Part shown: one piece after another, positions 41,239 to 51,162 of the stretch | Numbering within the stretch: the first letter of the stretch is position 1 | How the letters are laid out: each line of letters starts with the position of its first letter | Assembly (NCBI GenBank): GCA_963719315.1 | Contig: CAVRBU010000002.1 | Span: forward strand, 2,089,762 to 2,153,761 | DNA: 64,000 bases | Source of the DNA: an uncultured Planctomycetota bacterium | Lineage (GTDB): Bacteria > Planctomycetota > Planctomycetia > Pirellulales > Lacipirellulaceae | Direction: 5' to 3' | Translations under genes and position numbers: made by a program | Notes under the pieces: model-generated | What the model was told of the DNA's origin: nothing | Databases searched by the model: none | Seen by the model: the letters and a program-made list of their open reading frames with translations, nothing else

Positions 41239-42472
41239 ATGGCACGCCCACCGTTCGCGGCAAAACTCCGATCGCCTCGCTTCACTTCGTTAGTTTTTCT
41301 CACTTTGGTCACCGCTGTCTGCGGCCTGACCGCCACCGGCTGCGGCAAGAAAGCCGATTCCGGCGGCAAAGCAAGCGGCGACGAAATCCTCCTCGGGCAT
41401 TATGCCTCGATGACCGGCTCCCAGGCCACGTTCGGCCGTTCGACAGATAACGGCATCCGGTTGGCAATCGACGAGATCAACGAGGCCGGCGGCGTCAACG
41501 GCAAGAAAGTCCGCATCATCACCTACGACGACAAGGGCGATTCCCGCGAGGCCGGCACGGCTGTGACGCGGCTGGTCACGAAAGACGGCGTCGTCGCCGT
41601 ACTCGGTGAAGTGGCTTCGAGTTTGTCTCTGGTCGGCGCCGGTGTGCCAGGCGAGCGGCGTACCGATGGTGTCGCCCTCGTCCACGAATCCGAAGGTCAC
41701 GAAAGTGGGCGATATGATCTTCCGCGTCTGCTTCATCGATCCGTTTCAAGGTTACGTGTGTGCGAAGTTCGCGCGCGAGCACGAAGGACTGAAGGCCACC
41801 AAGGCCGCGATCTTGTACGACCAGGTAGCGGCCTACGCGGTCGGGTTGCAGGATGAATTCGCCAAGGCCTTCGTCCAACAAGGCGGCGAGATCGTTTCGA
41901 GGCAAACGTATCAGGAAGGCGACCAGGATGTCACGGCCCAATTGACCGCGATCCGCGCAAGTCAGCCCGACGTGATTTTTATTCCGGGCTATTACACGGA
42001 TGTCGGCAACATCGCGATCCAAGCCCGCAAGATCGGCATCAAAGTGCCGCTCCTGGGCGGCGATGGCTGGGATTCGGCCAAGCTAGGTGAAATCGGCGGC
42101 AAGGCCATCAATGGCTCGTTCTATTCGAACCATTATTCGCACCAGGACCCCGACCCGCGCGTGCAGGATTTTATCAAGAAATACAAGGAGCGATTCGGTG
42201 GAACTCCCGACGGTCTGGCGGCGTTGGGTTATGATGCGGCGCGGATCGTGTGCGATGCGATCGGCAGGGCTGGATCGGTGAAGGGCCCCGATATCGCCGC
42301 GGCTCTGGCCAGCACCAAGGACTTTCCAGGCGTCACGGGCAAAATTTCGATCGACGCCGAGCGAAACGCCGTGAAGCCGGCCGTCATGCTCGAAATGAAG
42401 GACGGTGATCCGACCTACGTTACGACCATCCAGCCAGCAGGCGGGGAGCAGGAAGCAGGAAGCGGGAAGTAA
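41239..42472 (+). CDS. livK: Branched-chain amino acid ABC transporter substrate-binding lipoprotein (frameshift near 41640)
   Basis: Lipobox ATGC, GIRLAIDEINEAGGVNG, FRVCFIDPFQG, LGGDGWDS. Confidence 0.85.
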
Positions 42473-42570
42473 GTTCTGTCGCGCTATCTCAGCCTCTCGG
42501 CCACCGCTTGCTTCGTATTGCTCTTTGCCGTTGGCTCCCCGCACCACGCTCCCTGTTTCCTGCCCCCAAC
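42435..42570. repeat. Degenerate inverted heptamer array (GGAAGCA / CTCCCTG-TTCCTGC type) across the livK end and livH leader
   Basis: ggggagcaggaagcaggaagcggg ... ctccccgcaccacgctccctgtttcctgcccc. Confidence 0.6.
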
Positions 42571-42577
42571 TCCGCTT

Positions 42578-43546
42578 ATGGCCGACTTCGCGCAAACCTT
42601 GATGACGGCGTTGTCGGTCGGCAGCCTGTACGCCCTGATTGCCCTCGGCTACACGATGGTGTACGGGATCCTGAAGTTCATCAACTTCGCGCATAGTGAC
42701 ATCGTTGTGTTGGGCGCCTGGCTGAGCTACACAATGGCGATCCATTTACTGCCCGCGCTGGGGCTGGATCCGCACAACCCGGCCGTAGCGCCCCCGATTT
42801 GGGTTCCCGCGTTCATTTTTCTCGCTGCGATGGTTAGTTGCGGGCTGATCGGTTTCACGATCGAGCGGCTCGCGTACCGGCCGCTCCGTAAAGCGCCGCG
42901 CCTGAACGTGCTGATCACCGCCATCGGCGTATCGCTATTGCTGCAAAATGTAGGTCAGCTCAATTTCATTTTCGGCCCCAGCCCGCAGCGGATGCCGGCT
43001 TTGTTGCCCAATTGGGAACTGTTGCGGGTTTCCCTGCCGAGCGGTGACGGCAGCCGCGACGTGGTTCTCGGTCTCGTGGACGCGATGATCATCGGCATGT
43101 CGGCCGCGCTGATGATGCTGCTCGAATACCTGGTGTTTCGCACGAGGATCGGCACGGCGATGCGCGCCGTGTCGTTCGATTTCGATGCTTCCGCTCTGAT
43201 GGGTATTCCGGTGGACCGCGTTGTTTCGTTCACCTTCGTGCTCGGATCGGCGCTGGCCGCGGCGGCTGGATTTCTGTACGCGCTCAAGTACCCGGGCCTG
43301 AATCAACCGGCCCACTCGACGTGGGTCCTACTGGGGCTCAAGGCATTCGTGGCCGCCGTCATCGGCGGAATCGGTAACGTCCGCGGCGCCGTGCTGGGCG
43401 GTTTCGTGATTGCCTTTGTCGAACAGTTCGGGGCGTTTTACCTGTCGTCGAGCTATCGCGATGTGTACGTGTTCGCGATGCTGATTGCGATCTTGCTTGT
43501 CCGGCCGTCCGGGCTCCTAGGTTCAACCGTGCAAGAGAAGGTGTAA
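42578..43546 (+). CDS. livH: Branched-chain amino acid ABC transporter permease
   Basis: YALIALGYTMVYG...INFAH, ERLAYRPLR, KAF.AAVIGGIG. Confidence 0.92.
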   Translation: MADFAQTLMTALSVGSLYALIALGYTMVYGILKFINFAHSDIVVLGAWLSYTMAIHLLPALGLDPHNPAVAPPIWVPAFIFLAAMVSCGLIGFTIERLAYRPLRKAPRLNVLITAIGVSLLLQNVGQLNFIFGPSPQRMPALLPNWELLRVSLPSGDGSRDVVLGLVDAMIIGMSAALMMLLEYLVFRTRIGTAMRAVSFDFDASALMGIPVDRVVSFTFVLGSALAAAAGFLYALKYPGLNQPAHSTWVLLGLKAFVAAVIGGIGNVRGAVLGGFVIAFVEQFGAFYLSSSYRDVYVFAMLIAILLVRPSGLLGSTVQEKV

Positions 43547-43548
43547 AC

Positions 43549-44691
43549 GTGACGAAAGTCAAACCGACATCTTCCGCACTCGAATTCGCCCCGCCGCCAC
43601 GCGAGCGCGGCTTGCTGGGGACCGTCCTGAATAGCGCTTGGCCCATCGTCGCTGGTATCGCGATTGCCATTGCAATGCACGTCCTGTTGCCGAGCGCGAT
43701 CGGGCGGTACTATACGAAAATAGTGACCGATTGCGGCATCGCGATCATCCTCGCCGTTTCGCTCAACATCGTGAACGGTATGACGGGCCAGTTCTCGCTG
43801 GGACATGCCGCGTTTCTCGCCCTGGGGGGCTATTCGGCCGGCATGGTGACCTATTACGGCTCGATACTACTTTGGGGCACTCCCAGCCAGCACGGCGGAT
43901 TCTTGGGCTCGGGCGAATGGCTATTTGTGGCCGGCTGCTTGATCGGCGGCGTTATCGCCACATTGGCGGGCTACGTTGTCGGTTTGCCTTCGCTCCGCCT
44001 GCGCGGCGACTATCTCGCAATTGTGACGCTCGGCTTCGGCGAAATTTTGCGCGTCATGCTGCAACAGACCAGTCCCGTGATCGACGATCCGGCCGCTGTC
44101 CGCGACGCCGGAATTTCGCAATTCTTTCCGCCGCCCGTGGGTGGCGCCGTTGGCTTCAATGGATTGCCGAAATACACCAACCTGTTTTGGGTCTATGCCT
44201 TCGCGACTTTGATGCTCGTGGTCGCTTTCCGCTTGAAGCGTTCGAGCCTCGGTCGGGCCATGATCTCCGTCCGCGAAGATGAGTTCGCCGCCCAGTCCAT
44301 GGGCGTGAACGTGGCCCGCGTGAAAGTTTTGGCGTTCATGATCGCGGCATTTTTTGCCGGCATGGCTGGCGGACTCTATGCTCACCAAATCGGCAACAGC
44401 ATTCGGCCCCCGGATGCCGGCTTTCTGCGCTCGCTCGACTACGTGCTCATGACCGTGCTCGGCGGCCGCGGCTCGATCACCGGCGTGATGTTCGCCGCGA
44501 TTCTGCTCACCGTGCTGCCGGAACCGCTACGCGATTTCGATCAATATCGATTGATCGTGTACGCCTTACTGCTGATTGGAATGATGCTCCTGCGGCCGCA
44601 GGGATTGTTCGGCATCCACGAAGTCTGGGACTTTTGGCCGAAGTGGTTGACGCCTCGCCGCAAATCGAACCCCGTGCAGGAGGGTCGATGA
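43549..44691 (+). CDS. livM: Branched-chain amino acid ABC transporter permease
   Basis: GQFSLGHAAF, LRLRGDYLAIVTLGFGEI, REDE.AA..MGV. Confidence 0.92.
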   Translation: MTKVKPTSSALEFAPPPRERGLLGTVLNSAWPIVAGIAIAIAMHVLLPSAIGRYYTKIVTDCGIAIILAVSLNIVNGMTGQFSLGHAAFLALGGYSAGMVTYYGSILLWGTPSQHGGFLGSGEWLFVAGCLIGGVIATLAGYVVGLPSLRLRGDYLAIVTLGFGEILRVMLQQTSPVIDDPAAVRDAGISQFFPPPVGGAVGFNGLPKYTNLFWVYAFATLMLVVAFRLKRSSLGRAMISVREDEFAAQSMGVNVARVKVLAFMIAAFFAGMAGGLYAHQIGNSIRPPDAGFLRSLDYVLMTVLGGRGSITGVMFAAILLTVLPEPLRDFDQYRLIVYALLLIGMMLLRPQGLFGIHEVWDFWPKWLTPRRKSNPVQEGR

Positions 44692-45518
44692 GCAAGCCAT
44701 CCAGCACGAAGCCGAAAACTTCCGAACCGAATCCAGCCTCATCCGATGCCTTGCTCGATATCGATGACATCGGCATTGCCTTCGGCGGATTGAAAGCCGT
44801 CGATCAGTTTTCGATTCGCTTGCCGCGCGGCGGGCTGTACGGTCTGATCGGGCCGAACGGCGCCGGAAAAACCACCGTCTTCAATCTGCTCACCGGCGTC
44901 TATCAAACGTCGAGCGGCCGCATCGTGCTCGATTCGAAGAAGCTCGTCGGCCTCAAGCCGCATCAAGTAGCCGCGGCCGGTATCGCCCGCACCTTTCAAA
45001 ACATCCGCCTGTTTCCCGGGCTGAACGTCCTCGATAACGTGCGGCTTGCCGGCCAACTCCGGGCCCGCGAAGGACTCGCCACCACGCTCCTCCGCACGCG
45101 GCGCTACGCCCGCGAAGAGGCCGAAATCCAACGCAAGGCATTCGACTTGCTCGGCTTGTTCGGTCTGCAAAATCGAGCGTTCGAGCCCGCCGATTCTCTC
45201 AGCTACGGCCACCAGCGGCATTTGGAGATCGTCCGCGCCCTTGCGGCCGAGCCCAAAGTATTGCTCCTCGATGAACCGGCGGCCGGCCTCAACTCGCAAG
45301 AGAAAGTCGAGCTAGCCCGCTCGATTCGCCAGATTCGCAATCGGTTCGGCGTCGCGATTTTGTTGATCGAGCACGATATGGGACTCGTGATGGATATTTG
45401 CGAGCAAATCACCGTCTTGGATCACGGCGAGATCATCGCCCACGGGTCTCCGCACGAAATTCAAAGCGATCCTACAGTTATCGCCGCCTATTTGGGCAGC
45501 GACGTGAGCACCGTTTAG
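44688..45518 (+). CDS. livG: Branched-chain amino acid ABC transporter ATPase
   Basis: GPNGAGKTT, RTFQNIRLF, LLLDEPAAG, LIEHDM. Confidence 0.93.
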   Translation: MSKPSSTKPKTSEPNPASSDALLDIDDIGIAFGGLKAVDQFSIRLPRGGLYGLIGPNGAGKTTVFNLLTGVYQTSSGRIVLDSKKLVGLKPHQVAAAGIARTFQNIRLFPGLNVLDNVRLAGQLRAREGLATTLLRTRRYAREEAEIQRKAFDLLGLFGLQNRAFEPADSLSYGHQRHLEIVRALAAEPKVLLLDEPAAGLNSQEKVELARSIRQIRNRFGVAILLIEHDMGLVMDICEQITVLDHGEIIAHGSPHEIQSDPTVIAAYLGSDVSTV

Positions 45519-45521
45519 CGT

Positions 45522-46235
45522 ATGTCGTTACTAGAGGTCGAAGGCCTGCGCGTGTTTTACGGGGCGATCGAAGCCCTCCGTGGTGTTTCCGTGCGCGTTG
45601 AGGAGGGCGAGGTCGTGACGCTCATCGGTGCGAATGGCGCCGGAAAAACAACGACCCTCCGCACGATTTCCGGGCTTTTGCCGTCGAAGGCGGGCAAGAT
45701 CCATTTCAACGGCCAGAAAATCGAGCGCTGGCCGCCGCACAGAATCGTGCAGAGCGGCCTAGTGCAAGTGCCCGAAGGACGCGAGATTTTTTCCAACCTG
45801 ACGGTGGATGAAAACCTGCAGCTCGGCGCCTTCCTGCGCAAAGACAAAGCCGCGATACGCACCGATCGCGAACGTGCTCTGGAATTGTTCCCCCGCATTC
45901 GCGAACGCCTCACACAAATGGCCGGCACGCTCTCCGGCGGCGAACAACAGATGCTGGCGATTGCCCGCGCCCTCGTGGCGCGGCCAAAACTCTTGATGCT
46001 CGACGAACCGTCGCTCGGCCTCGCACCGCAACTCGTGCGGGTCATTTTTCAAGTAATTCGCGAGATTAACAAAGCGGGGACCACGATTTTGCTCGTCGAA
46101 CAGAACGCCAACATGGCCCTGCAAGTGGCCCATCGAGCGTATGTGATCGAAGTCGGCCAAATCCGCCTGGAGGGTCCGGCAGCAGAACTCGCCGCCAGCG
46201 ACGAAGTTCGAAAAGCCTACCTCGGTGCGCATTAG
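45522..46235 (+). CDS. livF: Branched-chain amino acid ABC transporter ATPase
   Basis: GANGAGKTT, VPEGR, LSGGEQQM, LDEPSLGLAP, LVEQNA. Confidence 0.93.
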   Translation: MSLLEVEGLRVFYGAIEALRGVSVRVEEGEVVTLIGANGAGKTTTLRTISGLLPSKAGKIHFNGQKIERWPPHRIVQSGLVQVPEGREIFSNLTVDENLQLGAFLRKDKAAIRTDRERALELFPRIRERLTQMAGTLSGGEQQMLAIARALVARPKLLMLDEPSLGLAPQLVRVIFQVIREINKAGTTILLVEQNANMALQVAHRAYVIEVGQIRLEGPAAELAASDEVRKAYLGAH

Positions 46236-46301
46236 TGCGCATAATGCATTCGTGCTGCTACTGGCGCGGATGTCGAGAAAACCAACGCGCAAGACAATAA
46301 C

Positions 46302-48372
46302 ATGCAACATGCGACTCGGCAACGATTGGCCTACCTGGTGTGCGGTGTCGTTTTCGTTTGCGCGGCCCGCGTACCCGCGGAAACGCCAGCCGTTTTGTTG
46401 GACGACAATTTTTCTAGCTATCGCCCGGGCTTGTTTTCCAGCGCGGAAGGCGCTCGCACCGAGTATCATTACCTGCGCAAAGTTGCGCCGCAAGGCAACT
46501 GGGTCGTCTCGACGTTTCGCCCGGACTCCGATTCGCAACGGGCCTGGCGAGTGATCGCAGCCAATGGCGCGCCCGCCATGCGACAGGCCTCCACGAACAA
46601 GGAGTCGCACTACCATCCGATGCTACTCACCGGCGATCCCGCCTGGAGCGATTACACGGTCGAAGTCGAATTCACTCCCGCAAGCGCGACTGCCCGCAGC
46701 GGCATCGCCTTCCGATATCGAAACGATCGGTGTTACTACTTCTTCGGAGTCGAGAAGGGGCGAGTCGTATTGCGCCTCGTCCGCGACGAGACGGCATTCC
46801 GCAAGCCCTATGAGAAAACGCTCGCCGAAGCGCGGTGCGATTGGAAGCCGGGCGAACGCCTGACCGCCACCGTGTCGGTTGCCGGTCCGCGGCTGACCGC
46901 GTCTCTAAACGGCGGCAACTCGGTGCATGCGGCAATCAGCGCCGAAAACGACAGCTACGAAAGCGGCAAAGTCGCCCTACTGGCCGATATTCCCACCATC
47001 TACCACCGCGTCAAGATCACGACACTCGCCGATACGAAAGCGGCAATCGACGCGGCTATCGCCAAACGCGCGGCTGAGGAGTCCGCGCTCCTAGCCGCGA
47101 ACCCGAAGCCGATTGTCTGGCGGAAGATCAAGACCGACGGCTTCGGCGTCGGCCGAAATCTGCGGTTCGGCGATCTGGATGGCGACGGCCAGATCGACAT
47201 CCTCATCGGTCAGGTCAACAATCACGGCCCGAAGGATAGCAACAGCGAAGTCGGATGCCTGACCGCGATGACGCTCGGCGGCCGACAACTCTGGCAGAAC
47301 GGCAAGCCCGACCCGTGGGCCGATAAACTCAGTAGCGACGTCGCTTTCCAGATTCACGATCTCGACGGCGATGGCCGCAATGAGGTCGTGTACGTTCGAG
47401 ATTTTCAGCTCACCGTTGCCGACGGCGCCACCGGTCGGACGATTCGCCAGAACGTCGTCGCCCGAAACATCGCCCCGTACGCCGCCCCCCTTCAACCGAT
47501 TCCCTCACATCCTGGGCGACTCGATTCACTTTTGCGATCTCCGCGGCACCGGCCGCGCCGCCGACATCATTCTCAAGGATCGTTACCGCAGCGTCTGGGC
47601 GCTCGACGACCAACTCAAGATACTCTGGCACCGCGAATGTACGACCGGCCACTACCCGTTCGCCGCCAACGTCGATGGCGACGGCCGCGACGAAGTTCAG
47701 GTCGGCTATACGCTGTTCGATGACGATGGCACGCCGCTGTGGACGCTCGACGGCCGCGTGAAGGACCATGCCGATGGCGTTGCGTGGGTCCGCTTCCACC
47801 CGGACGGTCCGCTCCGCCTGATCTGCGCCGCGAGCGACGAGGGCCTGTTTTTCACCGATACCGCCGGCAACATCCTCAAGCACCACCGCATCGGCCACGC
47901 ACAAAACGTCGCTGTAGCCGACTTCCGCCCCGACCTGCCGGGGCTGGAAGCGGTCTCCATCAACTTCTGGGGCAACCAAGGCATCATCCACCTCTACGAC
48001 GCGGAGGGCAACATCTACCACGATTTCGAGCCCGCCCAGCATGGTAGCATGTGCTTGCCCGTGAATTGGACCGGCCAGCCCGGTGAGTTCTTCGTTCTTT
48101 CCCCCGATGTTCGCGAAGGCGGACTGTTCGATGGCCTCGGCCGTCGCGTGGTTCGCTTTCCCGCCGACGGCCACCCCGACATGTGCTACTCCGTCCTCAA
48201 CCTAACTGGCGACGCGCGCGACGAGATCGTCGTCTGGGACCCCAACGAAATCTGGATCTATACCCAGGATGACAACCCGCGCACCGGCCGGCTCTACAAG
48301 CCGAACCGCAACCCGCTCTATAACGAATCCAACTATCGAGTAAACGTCTCGCTCCCCGGTTGGTCCGAATGA
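46302..48372 (+). CDS. Exported FG-GAP-type beta-propeller protein, rhamnogalacturonan lyase-like, with an N-terminal beta-sandwich domain (frameshift near 47455)
   Basis: Repeated DLDGDG..DI / DLDGDGRNEV / VDGDGRDEV motifs, GHAQ, DFRPDLPGLE; signal-peptide-like start. Confidence 0.65.
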
Positions 48373-48437
48373 CAGGCAGACCAACCCATCGCTTGCGGCT
48401 TAAAGCAAAACCATGCGGGCATCGAACGTAACGTGCA

Positions 48438-49643
48438 ATGAAATGCGTTCGCACACACGGCAATCCAGAAGCCCCCATTCCTCCCTACCAGCAGGAATCG
48501 CTACTCATCGACGCCATTCCCGAAATGCGCGGCGACCGCCTGCTGTGCACCTCGGCTGGCCTGGCCCAATTCGCCGCCGCTGCCGCCCGAGCGCTGCCCA
48601 ACACCACGGTTTCTTGCAACTACCTCGACCTCTACCGCGCCAACCTGGCGACGAACTACTGGCCCGATTCGCCGCCCAATTTGCGGATCGAGTGCGCCGC
48701 CGATCTCTCCGATGAGGAAGCCGACATAGTCGCCCTCCCATTCTCGGCCCGCGGCGAAGCTGAACTAACGCGCAACGTCATTCAAACCGGACATCAACGC
48801 CTATGCATCGGCGGACGAATGTACGCCTCCACGGACAACCGCAACGACACCTGGCTCCGCGACCAAATGACCCGCGTCTTTCGTAGGCTCGATCGCCGCC
48901 CCTCCGCGGCCGGCGTGCTGTACGAGGGAACCAAGACCGAGCCGCTGAAAAAGGAAAAGAACCTGGCGTGCGCATTCGCCTTCCGCGACCGCGGCCGATT
49001 GATTCGCGCCTACAGCCGCCCCGGAGTCTTCTCCCATCGGCATGTTGATGTGGGAGCGCGACGCTTGATCGACGAAATGCAGATCGACTCGGGCATGCGC
49101 GTCCTCGATATCGGTTGCGGCACGGGAGTAGTCGCCCTCGCTGCCGCCCTCCGCGCGGCCGATGTGACGGTCCACGCCGTCGACTCCAACGCCCGCGCCA
49201 TCCAATGCACCCAACGCGGAGCCACTCTAAACGCCACTTCAGAACCCTCTCCCTCCGGGAGAGGGCAGGTCGCTCGGCACTCGCTGCGGCAAGGTGAGGG
49301 CAATTCAGAACCCTCTCCCCTTGGGAGAGGGCAGGGTGAGGGTGCCTTGAATACTGGTGCCTTGGACCTCACCACCGAACTAAACGCCACCGGCAACTAC
49401 GCGGGTGCAGGAACCTACGACCTGGCCCTAGCCAACCCGCCCTACTACTCCGGCTTCCGCATCGCCCAACACTTCCTCACCGCCGCCCGAAACGCCCTGC
49501 GCCCCGGCGGCAAAATCCACGTCGTCACCAAACACCCGAATTGGTACCAACAAAACATGCCCCAATGGTATGACGACGTGACGTTCGGCGAGCGCAAAGA
49601 TTACTACCTGGTCAAAGGCGAGCGACCGGCGAGCGACGGTTAA
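48438..49643 (+). CDS. RsmC/RlmG-like (MTS) methyltransferase with an in-frame repeat insertion
   Basis: PGVFS..VD.GARRL, VLDIGCGTG, ANPPY, LRPGG. Confidence 0.85.
   Translation: MKCVRTHGNPEAPIPPYQQESLLIDAIPEMRGDRLLCTSAGLAQFAAAAARALPNTTVSCNYLDLYRANLATNYWPDSPPNLRIECAADLSDEEADIVALPFSARGEAELTRNVIQTGHQRLCIGGRMYASTDNRNDTWLRDQMTRVFRRLDRRPSAAGVLYEGTKTEPLKKEKNLACAFAFRDRGRLIRAYSRPGVFSHRHVDVGARRLIDEMQIDSGMRVLDIGCGTGVVALAAALRAADVTVHAVDSNARAIQCTQRGATLNATSEPSPSGRGQVARHSLRQGEGNSEPSPLGRGQGEGALNTGALDLTTELNATGNYAGAGTYDLALANPPYYSGFRIAQHFLTAARNALRPGGKIHVVTKHPNWYQQNMPQWYDDVTFGERKDYYLVKGERPASDG
49238..49343. repeat. Two tandem CCCTCTCCC-N3-GGGAGAGGG palindromes inside the methyltransferase CDS
   Basis: ttcagaaccctctccc...gggagagggcagg at 49238 and 49304 (66-nt spacing). 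Confidence 0.85.
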
Positions 49644-49838
49644 GTCAGGGTAAAAGAGACATTTAAGGTGGATTAGCTGGGCCTGGCATCCGCAGCGCGT
49701 CGCGCCTGAGGACGTCGCTTGAAAGTCCTCGTTCAAATTGTCATGATTCTATTATGAATTACGAATTTCTATAGACCAGTCCGCGCATGATTTTGAGTTT
49801 CCAAATCGCGTTTGAAGTCACACGCAAAGTTTGATGTT

Positions 49839-50678
49839 ATGACCCAAGGTAGCAGCCACGACACGATTCCGCTGCAGATTATCGCCTTAATGCTTGATAC
49901 CGCGGCCCACTTCGGTGGCGAGAGCGCCGTTGATCCTTGGCTGCATGACCCCGCTATGTTGCGTCAGGCATCGTTCGCCAAAAAACGCGTCGGGCTAGTT
50001 CCTCAAGAGTTCTTGTGGCGACAACTTATCGCCGAAGAACCACAACTTGAATTGCGGAATACCAACGTTTTTCAGGACCACGTCGAGGAGCAGTTCGATT
50101 TACTACTTTGGGGGCCATTCTGGCACGAAATGGTCCAATGGGGTCGACGCAGGCATCGTGTTGAAGCTTTTCTTCTTGACCGTGCCTTGGAGTTGCTTGC
50201 ACCCGGAGGAACCGCAATTTGCCTCGTTCCGTCAAATGTATTGACTGCCCCCCTTTTGAGGTCATCCCGCCAGCGAATCGTAAGGGAATTCTGCCTAGAG
50301 ATGACCGTCGAGTTATCAAGGGACTGCTTTGCTGAAGCCCGCATTGAGGCATCTATGGTAGTGGTTCGAAAAGATGCGCCAAGCAAGTCAGTGTTCATGT
50401 CAAAGTATCGAGCGAACCATTCGTCCTTATTGACAGACTTTCAAAATCGGTCAGGCGATTTCAACGTATCGACTGAAGACGTCCATGATCGTTGGGACCG
50501 AAATTATCATGACCCGCATTCCCGCGCGGCGGTAGCTCAGCATTTGGTCGGGTTCCCTGTTAAGACAATTGGCGAATTGGGCGAGGTAATATCAGGGCGT
50601 ATCCGACCACGGGAACTGCCTCGTGATGAGACTGGCCACATACTCATTACAGGAGCGACGCTTAACAGCTATCTATAG
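49839..50678 (+). pseudogene. Truncated N6-DNA methyltransferase/specificity-subunit-like restriction-modification remnant
   Basis: FL.RALELLAPGG..ICLVP..VL, R..I, then W...Y.DP and KTIGELGEVISG (start of a TRD-like region); lower GC; ends abruptly. Confidence 0.55.
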
Positions 50679-50804
50679 ATTTTCAAGGAGCGAACGCCGT
50701 CGCAATGCGGCGTGATGAGACTATAGCATTTTCGTGGGGCCCGATCCACAATTATTTTTGGCCGCGCGGAGAAGACGTGCGGCGGTCGTTAGCGGTGTTT
50801 TTTG

Positions 50805-50882
50805 TGACCACGGATAGCGTGGATGGCACGGATCAGGTTGCGAGACGGAATCTTATCCGTGCGAGCGGTGTAATCCGAGGTT
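50805..50882. repeat. Inverted triple repeat (CACGGAT / ATCCGTG type)
   Basis: accacggatagcgtggatggcacggat ... atccgtgcgagcggtgtaatccgagg. Confidence 0.6.
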
Positions 50883-50990
50883 GACCAGGTGCTCGCATCT
50901 GACGAACGTTGGGGCGAACGCGGCCGGGCGTAGCCGTCGCCACCACGGCATGCGCCAGAATAAACGAACGGGATCAGGATTTGAATAAAT

Positions 50991-51052
50991 CGTTCTGCCC
51001 CGATTTAATCTTGACCCTATTTAATCCGATTTAATCGACCCGATTTAATCCC
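50991..51052. repeat. Four irregularly spaced ATTTAATC direct repeats
   Basis: Copies at 51003, 51019, 51029 and 51043 following gttctgcccc. Confidence 0.75.
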
Positions 51053-51162
51053 ACTTCGCTACGACCGCGTGCAATAAATGGCGGTCGGCAAAGTCCCGTT
51101 CATAAACTTGCCAGGTGAGTTGTGGAATCGTCACCGTACCGTGCTCGTGCGCGACGCATCCG

